Shown piece by piece: positions 17,789 through 27,572 of a stretch of DNA of 64,000 bases. The position numbers and the translations under genes were made by a program. Numbering within the stretch: position 1 is the stretch's first letter; the number at the start of each line of letters is the position of its first letter. The notes below the pieces were generated by a model. That model did no database searches and was not told the DNA's origin. It saw only the letters and a list, made by a program, of their open reading frames with translations. This DNA is from an uncultured Candidatus Binatia bacterium (lineage in GTDB: Bacteria > Desulfobacterota > Binatia > HRBIN30): assembly GCA_964371655.1 (NCBI GenBank), contig CAYJOD010000001.1, positions 84,572 to 148,571 on the forward strand, written 5' to 3'.

Positions 17789-19489
17789 TCACTGCGGTCG
17801 AAGTGGTCGCAATGGTCGGGGTGGGCGTCGCGTGGGTACCTCGATTGTGCCGTTATTGCAGGTACGGCTGACTGAGTTGTAGATGGTGCCGTCGCAGCAG
17901 CCTTGGGTCAGTAGGTTGTAGGTGAGGCCATCGCAGCAGGCCAGGTTGAGATTGTTGTAGGGCGTGCCGTTGCAGCAGCCTTGCGTGGCTGTTTCGACGC
18001 AGCGCGACACGTGCGGAGGGTTCGGCCGGTGCGGCTGCGGCCGTGCGATTGGCGTGGGTGATTCGACTGTGCCGTTATTGCAGGTGCGTGTGAGTGAGTT
18101 GAAGATGCTGCCGTCGCAGCAGCCCTGGGTCTGCAGGTTGTAGGTCAGTCCGTTGCAGCAGGCCAGGTTGAGCTTATTGAAGGGCGTGCCATCGCAGCAG
18201 CCTTGCGAGTCCGTTTCGACGCATCGCGGCGGGGCGGGACACAGTCCAATCAGACCGTCGGTGCAACAACGTGTAAGCGAGTTGAAGATCTCGCCGTCGC
18301 AGCAGCCTTGCGTCTGCAGGTTGTAGGTCAGGCCATTGCAGCAGGCCAGGTTGAGCTTGTTGTAGGGCGTACCATCGCAGCAGCCTTGCGATTCCGTTTC
18401 GACGCAGCGTGGGCCGGCCGGACACAGGCCAATCGCCCCGTTGATGCAGCAACGTGTGAGCGAGTTGAAGATCGAGCCGTCGCAGCAGGCTTGGGTCTGC
18501 AGGTTGTACGTCAGGCCGTTGCAGCAGGCCAGGTTGAGCTTGTTGTAGGGCGTACCGTCGCAGCAGCCTTGCGAGTCCGATTCGACGCACTGCGGCCCCG
18601 GTGTCGGCGGGACGATCACTCCGTCGCTGCAGGTGCGGGTCAGTGAGTTGTAGATGCTACCGTCGCAGCAGGCTTGGGTGAGCAGGTTGTAGGTCAGGCC
18701 GTTACAGCAGGCCTGATTGAGCTTTCTGTAGGGCGTACCGGCGCAGCACCCCTGGGTGTCGGTCTCGATGCAGTCTGGCTCCGCGGGACACAGGTCGATT
18801 GCACCGTCGCTGCAGCAACGTGTGAGCGAGTTGAAGATGCTGCCGTCGCAACAACCTTGGGTCAGCAAGTTGTAGGTCAGGCCATTACAGCAGGCCAGAT
18901 TGCGCCGATTGTACGGCGTCCCGTCGCAGCAGCCCTGCGCGTCAGTTTCGACGCAGTCGGGCGCCGCGGGACAAGGCCCTACGGCTCCGTCGCTGCAACA
19001 ATCTCTGATTGAGCTGTAGATGCTTCCCGCACAGCAGCCTTGCGTCAGCAGGTTGTAGGTCCGGCCGTTGCAGCAGGCCAGATTACGCTTGTTGTAAGGC
19101 GTCCCGTCGCAGCACCCCTGCGTGTCAGTTTCGACGCACTGCGGGAGCTGCGGCTGATTCGGCCGATGCGGCTGGTGCGGTTGAGGCCGTGCTATGGGCG
19201 TGGGTGATTCAATCGTGCCGTTGTTGCAGGTGCGCGCGAGGGTATTGTAGATGGTGCCGTCGCAGCAGCCTTGGGTCAGCAGGTTGTAGGTGAGGCCGTT
19301 GCAGCAGGCCAGGTTGAGCTTGTTGTAAGGCGTCCCGTCGCAGCAGCCCTGCGTACCACTTTCGACGCACGGCGCCGCGGCGGCCACCGCTACAGCGGGC
19401 CACTTGATCACGCCCCACCCGACGGCAAAAAAGAAAATGGCACTAACGGCCAATGCCCCTCGAAACGATCGCGGAAGTTTCATGGTCAT
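17789..19489 (-). CDS. Secreted cysteine-rich tandem-repeat protein (8 repeats, vicinal CC pairs); no known family recognised
   Basis: Signal peptide (residues 1-40), then 8 units of consensus CVETDxQGCCDGTPYNKLNLACCNGLTYNLxTQGCCDGSI(F/Y)NSLTR(C/T)C. Unit boundaries at residues 41, 118, 179, 240, 301, 362, 423, 497. Confidence 0.85.
   Translation of the reverse strand: MTMKLPRSFRGALAVSAIFFFAVGWGVIKWPAVAVAAAAPCVESGTQGCCDGTPYNKLNLACCNGLTYNLLTQGCCDGTIYNTLARTCNNGTIESPTPIARPQPHQPHRPNQPQLPQCVETDTQGCCDGTPYNKRNLACCNGRTYNLLTQGCCAGSIYSSIRDCCSDGAVGPCPAAPDCVETDAQGCCDGTPYNRRNLACCNGLTYNLLTQGCCDGSIFNSLTRCCSDGAIDLCPAEPDCIETDTQGCCAGTPYRKLNQACCNGLTYNLLTQACCDGSIYNSLTRTCSDGVIVPPTPGPQCVESDSQGCCDGTPYNKLNLACCNGLTYNLQTQACCDGSIFNSLTRCCINGAIGLCPAGPRCVETESQGCCDGTPYNKLNLACCNGLTYNLQTQGCCDGEIFNSLTRCCTDGLIGLCPAPPRCVETDSQGCCDGTPFNKLNLACCNGLTYNLQTQGCCDGSIFNSLTRTCNNGTVESPTPIARPQPHRPNPPHVSRCVETATQGCCNGTPYNNLNLACCDGLTYNLLTQGCCDGTIYNSVSRTCNNGTIEVPTRRPPRPLRPLRPQ
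17792..19369 (-). repeat. Eight in-frame tandem coding repeats (183 nt core unit, longer where Pro-rich linkers are present)
   Basis: Repeats 2-6 are exactly 61 codons each. Repeats 1, 7 and 8 carry ESPTPIARPQPH or PTRRPPRP linkers (77, 74 and 70 codons). Confidence 0.85.
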
Positions 19490-19793
19490 CCCTCCATGTG
19501 GATCCGCCCCACCGGATCAACCCTGCCCTGGTTCTTACGTGCAGGGATGGTCGCACGGGATTGTGGGCGCGGTCAAGGGGGTATTAGCGGGCGTAGAGAC
19601 TATTTGGACGATCTCGCGGAGGATCCACCGCACCGCAAGCATGCGGCGATCGAACCGCCAATCCGATGCACTTGAACTCCGACGCTTCGCTCCGGTGGGA
19701 ATAGCTATTGATCTTTGATACTGCTCTTCGAACCGAGCGGTGTGGCCACGAACATGCTGCACGGCACGCGTACCCGCGGGGCAAGGAGGACGT

Positions 19794-21152
19794 ATGGCAA
19801 CGGATACAATCAAGCGGCAGGCGGACGTGGTGGTCGTTGGTTCCGGGCCTGGCGGCGCGTCGGTTGCGCGCCAACTGGCGCGTGCCGGTAAGAAGGTCAC
19901 CCTGCTCGAGCGCGGACCGGACTATCGCCGCAAGTCCTACTACGGAACCTATCTCGGCGCACTCACCTATGCCGACAAGCATAGCCTGCTGTTCACCAAG
20001 GAAGGGCTGAACATCATCCGACCGCTGATGCTTGGCGGCGCCACCAGCATGTTTTGCGGCTGCGCCGCGCGCCCACCGGTGTGGCTCAAGGAGAAGTACG
20101 GCGTCGACATCGATACCTACGTCGAGGAAGCCATCAACGAGATCGGCATCGCCGCCCTACCTCCGGCACAGCGCGGCGTAGCTTCGACGCGCATCGCCGA
20201 GGCGGCGTGCGCGCTTGGCTATGAGTGGGAGCCGATGCTGAAGTTCATGCGGCCTGCCCGCAGCAAGAGCTTCGACTGCGGCGCCAAGTGCATGCTCGGC
20301 TGCCGCTGCGGCGCCAAATGGAACGCGGCGGAATGGGTCGACGAAGCGGTGGGCGCGGGCGCTGAGCTCCTCACCGAGATCCGCGTCGACGATGTGATCA
20401 TTGAAAATGGCCAGGCCGGCGGCGTCCGCGGCAAGTGGCGCGGCCTCGCGCTCGAGGTTCAGGCCCCGGTCGTCGTAGTCGCCGCCGGCGGCATCGGCAC
20501 GCCGCTGATTCTGCAGCGGTCCGGGCTTTTCGAAGCCGGGCACGGCATGACCATGGACACCACAGCGATGGTCTGTGGCCTGTCGAAGGATAAGGGCACC
20601 GGCGAGGAGCCGCCGATGACCTGGGGTTACGCCAACGACGAAGTCGGCTACATGCTCAGCACCCTGATCGATCCGTGGCTGCTGTTCCCGATGATGGCCG
20701 CGCTGAAGAGTCCGCGCCATCTACTCAAGTGGCCAGCGTGGGGCCGCGCTCTCGGTGTCATGATCAAGATCAAGGACGACATCTCCGGCGGTATCACCCT
20801 CGACGGCGAGATCTCCAAGCCTATGAGCGAGCGCGATGCATTCCGGATGAACCACGGAGCCATTGTCGCCGACCAGATCCTGCGCCGCGCCGGAGCCGAT
20901 CCCGATTCCATTTTCATCACGCCGCTACGCGGCACGCATCCGAGCGGAACTGTGCGCCTCGGACAGATGCTGGACCAGAACCTGCAGACCGAGGTGAAGA
21001 ACCTCTACGTCTGCGACGCCAGCACCTTCCCCGAAGCACTCGATCGTCCCACGGTCTTGACGATCCTCGGTCTTGGCAAGCGGCTGGCGGCGCATTTGTC
21101 GGCGTCGAACGTTCAGGAAGTCGCATCGGCTCCGAAACAGGCCGCGGCCTGA
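19794..21152 (+). CDS. GMC-family FAD-dependent oxidoreductase
   Basis: Rossmann motif DVVVVGSGPGGASVARQLARAGKKVTLLERG. C-terminal GMC signature HPSGTVRLG. RBS AAGGAGGA upstream of ATG 19794. Confidence 0.85.
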   Translation: MATDTIKRQADVVVVGSGPGGASVARQLARAGKKVTLLERGPDYRRKSYYGTYLGALTYADKHSLLFTKEGLNIIRPLMLGGATSMFCGCAARPPVWLKEKYGVDIDTYVEEAINEIGIAALPPAQRGVASTRIAEAACALGYEWEPMLKFMRPARSKSFDCGAKCMLGCRCGAKWNAAEWVDEAVGAGAELLTEIRVDDVIIENGQAGGVRGKWRGLALEVQAPVVVVAAGGIGTPLILQRSGLFEAGHGMTMDTTAMVCGLSKDKGTGEEPPMTWGYANDEVGYMLSTLIDPWLLFPMMAALKSPRHLLKWPAWGRALGVMIKIKDDISGGITLDGEISKPMSERDAFRMNHGAIVADQILRRAGADPDSIFITPLRGTHPSGTVRLGQMLDQNLQTEVKNLYVCDASTFPEALDRPTVLTILGLGKRLAAHLSASNVQEVASAPKQAAA

Positions 21153-21240
21153 CGAGGTTGTTTCAACCTCAAGAAGGCGCGCGTGGGCGCGCCCTACGTG
21201 TTTGGGTTTTCTTCGAGGGGCGCGGGGCATCCGCTTCGGC

Positions 21241-22128
21241 TCAGAGCGGCAGCGAGATGCGGAACAAGATGAAGCGGCCCAAGAACTCGCCGACGAGCAC
21301 GGATAGGATGGCGATGTAGAGCAGGCCGGTGGCCGCCATCGTCTGCGGGATCTGCAAGGTCTTCCAGATCATCCACGCCAATGCCGCAGTCGCTAGAGGG
21401 CTGACGAGGAGACGCGCGAACAGCAGGCCAGAATGGTGGATCCACAGCCCAGACAGGGCGGCCGTGCTCTCGGGGTCACCGAGGACAAGCAGCAGCAACA
21501 CGCCCATCAGCAAGAGCATGGCTTGGAACGCCAGAGTGCGGGCGAAAAACCGAAAGACGCGGTGAAACGGCTCCATCGAGAGGCCGGTCTCGATTAGATA
21601 CCAGTGTCCGAGGAACATTCCCGTGCACACCGCTCCCAGCACCAACGCGCCGGCAAGTAGCAGGAGCGGAAACAGCACTGCTTCCAACGAGAAGCCGTAG
21701 TCGAGACGATAGGACTGCGCCGCAGCAGCGAGCGAGCCGACACCGGCCATCCATGCGGTCACATAAGCACGCGCACGCACGCGGAAATCACTTCCCCACA
21801 GGCTCCAAAGGTAGACACCGCCGGCGCCCAGGGAAATAAGCAATAGGAGGAGCTCCAGGGCCTGGGTGCCGTCGACCGCGCGCGCACCCTGCGGCGGCGA
21901 CAGCGCCAAGGTCATACGTCCGGCAAACGCCAGCAACCCGCTGCCGAGAAACACGCCAGCCGAAGACTTGTAGAAGCCGCGCTCGATGTCCTGGAATGGC
22001 GGTACGCTCAACGCCAGCATGCCGCCGACGTAGAGCTGACTGAAGACCAACAGAAAACAGCGCGCGAAGAGATCCATTGCCTCTTTCAACCGCAAGGCGA
22101 ACGAAGTCGGCTTGCTGCGGGGAGACAC
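21241..22128 (-). CDS. Polytopic integral membrane protein, unknown function (start uncertain; alternative ATG at 22077)
   Basis: 295-aa ORF with about 7-8 hydrophobic helices. Confidence 0.55.
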   Translation of the reverse strand: MSPRSKPTSFALRLKEAMDLFARCFLLVFSQLYVGGMLALSVPPFQDIERGFYKSSAGVFLGSGLLAFAGRMTLALSPPQGARAVDGTQALELLLLLISLGAGGVYLWSLWGSDFRVRARAYVTAWMAGVGSLAAAAQSYRLDYGFSLEAVLFPLLLLAGALVLGAVCTGMFLGHWYLIETGLSMEPFHRVFRFFARTLAFQAMLLLMGVLLLLVLGDPESTAALSGLWIHHSGLLFARLLVSPLATAALAWMIWKTLQIPQTMAATGLLYIAILSVLVGEFLGRFILFRISLPL

Positions 22129-22281
22129 CGGGAATTAGACAAGATGCTCGATGGAAATACCGCCGGATGCAGCCGAGCCCGCCGACATGCGTCTACGACC
22201 TGGATCGCAATCGCGTTGCTCCGCGCCTCGGCGCCTCGACGGTGGGTGTTGTTGTCGCGTCGCATGGGGCCGATCGCCGGC

Positions 22282-22734
22282 TTACGCTACTTCGCTCGCG
22301 CCTCGACGCCGATACGCCATATGGATCGCGGCGACGGCGGCGACGAAGAGGCCGACGAGCATCATCAGCTCGCCGCCGCTACGCACCAAGCTGTAGAAAT
22401 CGAGCTTGCCAGTTACCTTTGAGAACCCGTCACCAGAGCGTTGCAGCGGCCGCAGAAGGGTTGCGTTCATGTGTGCCGTGAGCGCCGGAAACTCTTCGAC
22501 GCCAGCACTCAACGGGACCTCCACATGCGCTTTCAGCAGACCCTCGTACTCGCGAGTCTTGTCGAGGCCGGTGTACCAATTGCCAAACCCGAGCACGGCG
22601 AGAGTCAGCCCGACCCCAAACCACGGCGTTCGAAACAAATGGACCACGGCGCTTGCGGCTAGCATGGGTCGCTGTGAGCGGCAAGCAGTCGCACACGGGG
22701 TAGTGGCATTTCGATTGTCATTTCGAGCCATCAA
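22282..22734 (-). CDS. Small two-TM membrane protein, unknown function
   Basis: Hydrophobic segments WFGVGLTLAVLGFGNW and LMMLVGLFVAAVAAI. Same strand as 21241-22128 and upstream of it. Confidence 0.45.
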   Translation of the reverse strand: MMARNDNRNATTPCATACRSQRPMLAASAVVHLFRTPWFGVGLTLAVLGFGNWYTGLDKTREYEGLLKAHVEVPLSAGVEEFPALTAHMNATLLRPLQRSGDGFSKVTGKLDFYSLVRSGGELMMLVGLFVAAVAAIHMAYRRRGASEVA

Positions 22735-22968
22735 TCCCCCGTCTTTTCAGGATCTCTGTAGGGTGCGCCGCGCGCACCAGGTTCTGGCGAACGGAGCCAT
22801 TGGATCTATTCACAAACTCTTAGCTTCACGCCGCGCCGGGGTTGTCTGAGTCTGCACCTGTGACGTAGGCTGTGTCGAATGGCGCACCGGCCGCGAATCT
22901 CGACGAGGGGGGGAGCGCCGCCCGGAGTCTGAATCCAACCGGGCCTGACGCGACCTTCACGGGGCAAC

Positions 22969-24651
22969 GTGATCGACACCGACTTGCTCATCATTGGTTC
23001 CGGATTCGCCGGTCTATGGGCTGCGATTGCGGCGCGTGATGCCGGCGTCGAGCGTGTGCTGCTAGTCGACAAAGCGGCGATTGCTCTGTCGAGCCAGTCG
23101 AAGATGTCGGCGGGGGCTACGATCTACTGTCTGCCGCAGGACGACGCGGATCTGTGGCTGGACGATGTCGTCACGGCGCAAGGGTACCTCTGCCACCAGG
23201 ATATGGTGGTCGACATGCTGTCAACGTCACACCGTCGGCTGCGGCAGCTGCAGTCATGGGGGGTGGAGTACCAGCGCCTTCCGATCATCGGCCGCTACCT
23301 GCGTTTGCCGTCGCGTGGTTTCCACCACATTCGCATGCTGGTGCGGCCGGTGCACGAGCAACGCGTCGGCGGCGCCGCCGTCGTCGCGGCGCTGCGGCGC
23401 CAGGTCGTACGCAGGCGAGTGCAGCGCCGCTCGCGCCTACTGATCACCCGCCTGCTCCGGCAGGATGATCGTATTGCCGGCGCCATCGGAATTGACCGTA
23501 GCTCGGGCGCGGTTGAAGTGATCGGCGCTCGCGCCGTCGTGCTTGCCGCCGGCGATTGCAGCTTTCGCGGCAACTACATCGGCACCGATCACGCCACCGG
23601 CGACGCGTTCCACCTCGCCTACGACGCCGGGGTCCGGCTTAGCAACATGGAGTTTCTTGCCGTCAACACCGGCTCGCCCGCCTACGGCTTCGAGGGTACG
23701 GGCATCATCCTGCGTAAAGGTGGCAGACTGGTAAACGCCGCACGTCAGCCGTTCATGGCAAGCTATCATCCCGATGCCGACGCGGCGGAGATTGGGGTGC
23801 TCGCACAAGCCATGGCGCGCGAGGTCCGGGACGGACGCGGCCCGCCCCTCTTCCTCGATCTGCAACAGGCGCAGCGCCTTTGGATCAAGCGCGGCCTGGG
23901 TCAAGCCGCCAGCATCCCAGGCCTGACGCTGCAAAAGCTTCGCAGTGCCGGCGTCGACATCTTCAGCACGCCGCAGGAATGGGTCCCGGTCGTGCAGAGT
24001 CTACGTGGCGGCGTGCGCACGGACATCGACGCGCACTCCGACCTTCCCGGGCTGTTCGCCGCCGGGATGGCGCAAGCCTTCGACCCCGGCCTTTTCAATG
24101 GCTGGTCGAGCATGCGCGCCATGTGGGCCGGGGAGCGTGCCGGGCGTGCGGCCGCCTGCTTCCTTGCGCATGCCGATCGCGTCGCGGCGCCTCCGTCATT
24201 GGTAGCGGACGGCGTGCAAGCCGCCACCGCGCCGCTGCATCGAAGCGCCGGTCCCAGCGCGGACGATATCGTAGAGAGCTTGCAACGCACCCTCTTCCCC
24301 TATGAAATCTCCATCTTGAAGACGCGGCAACGCCTCGCCGCCGCTCTCGATGTGGTCACCAGTCTTGCGCAAGCGCTCACGCACGCGCGCGCCGGCGATC
24401 CACATGAGCTCGCCAAGGTGCACGAAGCCGCCAGCATGGTGCGCGTGGCCGAGATGTTTCTGCGCGCCTCGTTGGCGCGAACCGAATCGCGCGGCGACCA
24501 CTACCGCGAGGACTATCCGCAACGCGACGACCGCAACTGGCTGCGCTGGGTCACGTTGCACAAGGGCGCCGACGGGAACATGTCGGTCGATACAGAAGCG
24601 GTGCCCTTTGCTCGGTACTCGCTGCACCCGCGACGCGAGCTCCAGCCATGA
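22969..24651 (+). CDS. FAD-binding flavoprotein of the succinate dehydrogenase/fumarate reductase/L-aspartate oxidase superfamily
   Basis: DLLIIGSGFAGLWAAIAARDAG dinucleotide fold. C-terminal ESRGDHYREDYPQRDDRNWL motif. GTG start. Confidence 0.8.
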   Translation: MIDTDLLIIGSGFAGLWAAIAARDAGVERVLLVDKAAIALSSQSKMSAGATIYCLPQDDADLWLDDVVTAQGYLCHQDMVVDMLSTSHRRLRQLQSWGVEYQRLPIIGRYLRLPSRGFHHIRMLVRPVHEQRVGGAAVVAALRRQVVRRRVQRRSRLLITRLLRQDDRIAGAIGIDRSSGAVEVIGARAVVLAAGDCSFRGNYIGTDHATGDAFHLAYDAGVRLSNMEFLAVNTGSPAYGFEGTGIILRKGGRLVNAARQPFMASYHPDADAAEIGVLAQAMAREVRDGRGPPLFLDLQQAQRLWIKRGLGQAASIPGLTLQKLRSAGVDIFSTPQEWVPVVQSLRGGVRTDIDAHSDLPGLFAAGMAQAFDPGLFNGWSSMRAMWAGERAGRAAACFLAHADRVAAPPSLVADGVQAATAPLHRSAGPSADDIVESLQRTLFPYEISILKTRQRLAAALDVVTSLAQALTHARAGDPHELAKVHEAASMVRVAEMFLRASLARTESRGDHYREDYPQRDDRNWLRWVTLHKGADGNMSVDTEAVPFARYSLHPRRELQP

Positions 24652-24860
24652 TCGACCACATCGACAAGGAGAAGTGCGATCAATGCGGCTTTTGTCTCGA
24701 GGTATGTCCGAGCGACGTCTTTCGTTGCGACCCGGTCAGCGGAAGCTACGTCATCGCCTATCCAGGCGACTGCCAAACTTGCTTTAATTGTGAGATCGAG
24801 TGCCCGCGGCACGCGATCGTCGTCAGCATTTGGCGCCAGCCGCGAACGCAGGCCTGGTGA
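24648..24860 (+). CDS. 2x[4Fe-4S] ferredoxin
   Basis: CDQCGFCLEVCP and CQTCFNCEIECP. ATGA overlap with the flavoprotein gene at 24648-24651. Confidence 0.85.
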   Translation: MIDHIDKEKCDQCGFCLEVCPSDVFRCDPVSGSYVIAYPGDCQTCFNCEIECPRHAIVVSIWRQPRTQAW

Positions 24861-25180
24861 CGCCAGCATCCCCCGAAGCTCAGGTTGATTTCTAAAACCG
24901 CAGCGATGCGCACCGCGGTTCGCGTGGCAATGGAGAATAGACTCGAACCTACGACGCGCCGACGCGCTAGGCGCGTGCGACTTATGCGGAGGCGCCGTCG
25001 CTTCGGCAAGGACCCGAATTCATCAGCGAGAGCTGGTCTCGCCTCGCGACAACGAGACGAGACCGAGCCCTGCATTCGTAGCCGCCGGTTGCGAACCGCT
25101 GAGGATGACCACTCGCCGCCGCGCGCGGCTCAACCCACGACGGCGAGGAAGCGGTGCCGGGTTCTACAACTGGCTTTCGG

Positions 25181-25501
25181 TCACTTGCCGGCAGCGAGTT
25201 TCTTGACCTGACCCACCGCCGCGGCGAGATCGTCGTCGGCGAGCGACTTCAGTGCTGCGTGCTTCTTGTTTTCCTTGACCTTGGCGATGATGTCGGCGTC
25301 CGACAGCGCGGCAATCTTGGCGTTGCCCGCGAGCACCGCGGCCTTCATGCTCTTGCCAGCCGGGGTGTCAGCGAGCCCAGCCTCGCCGTGACACGTCGCG
25401 CACTTCGCCTTGAAAACGGCCGCCCCGTCGGCCCCAAACACGGAGCCGGCAGTCGCGAGGCCAAGAACCGCGGTACCTACAACCAGGTTTCGAAGTTTCA
25501 T
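25181..25501 (-). CDS. Monoheme class-I c-type cytochrome
   Basis: Signal peptide plus a single CATCH heme-binding site. 106 aa. Confidence 0.85.
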   Translation of the reverse strand: MKLRNLVVGTAVLGLATAGSVFGADGAAVFKAKCATCHGEAGLADTPAGKSMKAAVLAGNAKIAALSDADIIAKVKENKKHAALKSLADDDLAAAVGQVKKLAAGK

Positions 25502-25611
25502 GAGATCTCCTTTGCGTTAGCTGCAATCCTACACCCACGAACGACTACAGAATTCACATTTGTTGGCAGCCTGACCTCTGAGCGGTGCTAGGACACGAAA
25601 CCGCTGTGGCC

Positions 25612-26832
25612 TCAGCTCCCCAAACCCGCCACCGTCGGAGGCTCGGTCGGCGAGTCCCACGGAGGCAACAGCTTGATCAAGCCAGTCAGGACGATGAATG
25701 GCAAGACCAGCAGGCAGACGGCGGTCAGCAGGCCCTCAATTCCCAGCAGCTCAATCTTGTACTCAGTCAGCCCGCGGAAGCTCTTGGAAAACAGCTGGCC
25801 GCCGATCACGACGTTCCAGCGCGTGCTGAAGATTCCTACCTGGATCAGGATCGCGGCAACGAAGTAGAGCAGCTTGCGCAGCTCATCGGCCAGGTTGAAG
25901 AGCTTGATGATCACGAACAGCAGGAACGGAACCGCCATCCCCAGCAGCAGCTGCATCACCACCAGACTGACGACCAGCTTGTCCAACACCAGCCTGCTGA
26001 GGATGTTGATCGACTCCTCGCTCTCGTACAGGCGGTGAATGAAGTCGAGAAACTCGAGCGAAAAATCCACGATGACCGCGTAGAACAGGTACGAACACAT
26101 CGTATCGAGACATTTCATGTCGATCGACTGGCCGCGCAGGGGCGTGGCGATCATGTAGATCAGGATGACCAGCGCGATTCCTGAGACGATTGCGGAGAAC
26201 AGGAAGACGATGGGCATCAGCACGCTGCTCCACCACGGGTTCGCCTTGATCGAGCCGAAGATGAAGCCGACGTAGCCATGCAGCAGGAACGCCGATGGGA
26301 TGCCGATGATGGTGATGACTTTGACCGCCTTGCGGTCGAATTCCAACGCCTTCGGGCTGATGTCGCGCGAGAAGAGCGACAGCACCTTGTACACCCACTT
26401 CAACGGCCAGCGCGTTTGCCGCGCGTACAGGACGAGGTCGCGCCGATAAACAAACCACACCTCGAGGAGGAGCACCGCCATCAGGTACCAGGCATAGACG
26501 AATCCGAACATTGCCATGGCCGAGGTCGGGTTGGGCGCCAGGAAGATCCAGAAGGCTCGTTCCGGATGCCCGAGGTGCATTTGCAGGGGCACGGGTGCGA
26601 TGAGCAGGAAGGCGAGCGCCGTGAGCAGCGCCAGGCGATAGGTCGGTGCAACCTCCTTCACGTTGAACACTTTAACCAAGGAGGCGAGAATGAAGGCCCC
26701 GGCGACCAGACCCGTGAGGTACGGGTAGAGCACGATTAGAATTGACCACTGTACGTCGAGCTCATTGGGGTAGAGATATCCGGTGGCCGCGTCGGCCACT
26801 TCGGTCAGTCGGTGTAGAGCCTCCGGAATCAT
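25612..26832 (-). CDS. NrfD/PsrC-family quinol-interacting membrane subunit
   Basis: 406 aa, about 10 TM helices. ATGA overlap with the upstream FeS subunit gene at 26829-26832. Confidence 0.8.
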   Translation of the reverse strand: MIPEALHRLTEVADAATGYLYPNELDVQWSILIVLYPYLTGLVAGAFILASLVKVFNVKEVAPTYRLALLTALAFLLIAPVPLQMHLGHPERAFWIFLAPNPTSAMAMFGFVYAWYLMAVLLLEVWFVYRRDLVLYARQTRWPLKWVYKVLSLFSRDISPKALEFDRKAVKVITIIGIPSAFLLHGYVGFIFGSIKANPWWSSVLMPIVFLFSAIVSGIALVILIYMIATPLRGQSIDMKCLDTMCSYLFYAVIVDFSLEFLDFIHRLYESEESINILSRLVLDKLVVSLVVMQLLLGMAVPFLLFVIIKLFNLADELRKLLYFVAAILIQVGIFSTRWNVVIGGQLFSKSFRGLTEYKIELLGIEGLLTAVCLLVLPFIVLTGLIKLLPPWDSPTEPPTVAGLGS

Positions 26833-27572
26833 CGTACGCCCCCATCGAGATTGGTGTAGAATACCTTCGGCTCGGTATTCAGATGGTCCTTGAGCACGTG
26901 CACCTTGCTCATCCGTTTCAGGCGATTGAGCGGGCTCGCCATGCTGTTTATGTCACCGAACACGCGCGCCTGGGTCGGACACACCTCAACGCAAGCGGGC
27001 AGCAGACCGCGGGTGGTGCGGTGATAGCAGAACGTACACTTGTCGGCGGCGTGCGTGACCGGGTGGAGGTAGCGCGCGCCGTAGGGGCACGCCTGAATGC
27101 AATAGCGACAGCCGATGCAGCGAGTGCTGTCGACGAGGATCACGCCCTCAGGGGTCTTGAAGGTCGCGCGCACGGGACACACCTGGACGCATGGTGGATT
27201 TTCGCACTGGTTGCAAAGTTTCGGAACGAAGTAACTGCGCAGGACATCTTTCTCGGACACATCCTCGGGGGTTCCGATGCGATAGGTGCCAATCGAGTTT
27301 ACTGCGACTTCGCCGTTTCTCTTGACCACGTACTGCTCGACCCAGGTGCGGAAGAAGAATGGCTCCGGCGGGACGTCGTTCTCACTCTTGCACGCTTGCA
27401 TGCAGAGGCCACAACCGATGCACTTGTCGACCTGGATACCCATTCCGAAGAGTTTGCCGTTCTCCTCGTGTGCAACGCTGGCCACCGCGCGCTTGGCACC
27501 CAGCAGCCAGCGCGCACCCGCGAGTGACAGGAGATAGGACCAGAAATTGTGGAGAAACCCGCGTCTGTTCAT
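26829..27572 (-). CDS. NrfC/DmsB-type 4-cluster iron-sulfur subunit with Tat-like leader
   Basis: MNRRGFLHNF leader. Four Cys clusters: CIGCGLCMQAC, CNQCENPPCVQVCP, CIGCRYCIQACP, CTFC..CVEVCP. ATGA overlap with the octaheme gene at 27569-27572. Confidence 0.85.
   Translation of the reverse strand: MNRRGFLHNFWSYLLSLAGARWLLGAKRAVASVAHEENGKLFGMGIQVDKCIGCGLCMQACKSENDVPPEPFFFRTWVEQYVVKRNGEVAVNSIGTYRIGTPEDVSEKDVLRSYFVPKLCNQCENPPCVQVCPVRATFKTPEGVILVDSTRCIGCRYCIQACPYGARYLHPVTHAADKCTFCYHRTTRGLLPACVEVCPTQARVFGDINSMASPLNRLKRMSKVHVLKDHLNTEPKVFYTNLDGGVR

Noticed and set aside
24918-25010. T-loop-like GGTTCGAGT motif on the minus strand suggesting a tRNA
   Set aside because: The flanking bases do not form a T-stem (GTAGG against CTATT). 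No acceptor, D or anticodon arms could be folded. It is probably a chance motif in a GC-rich spacer.
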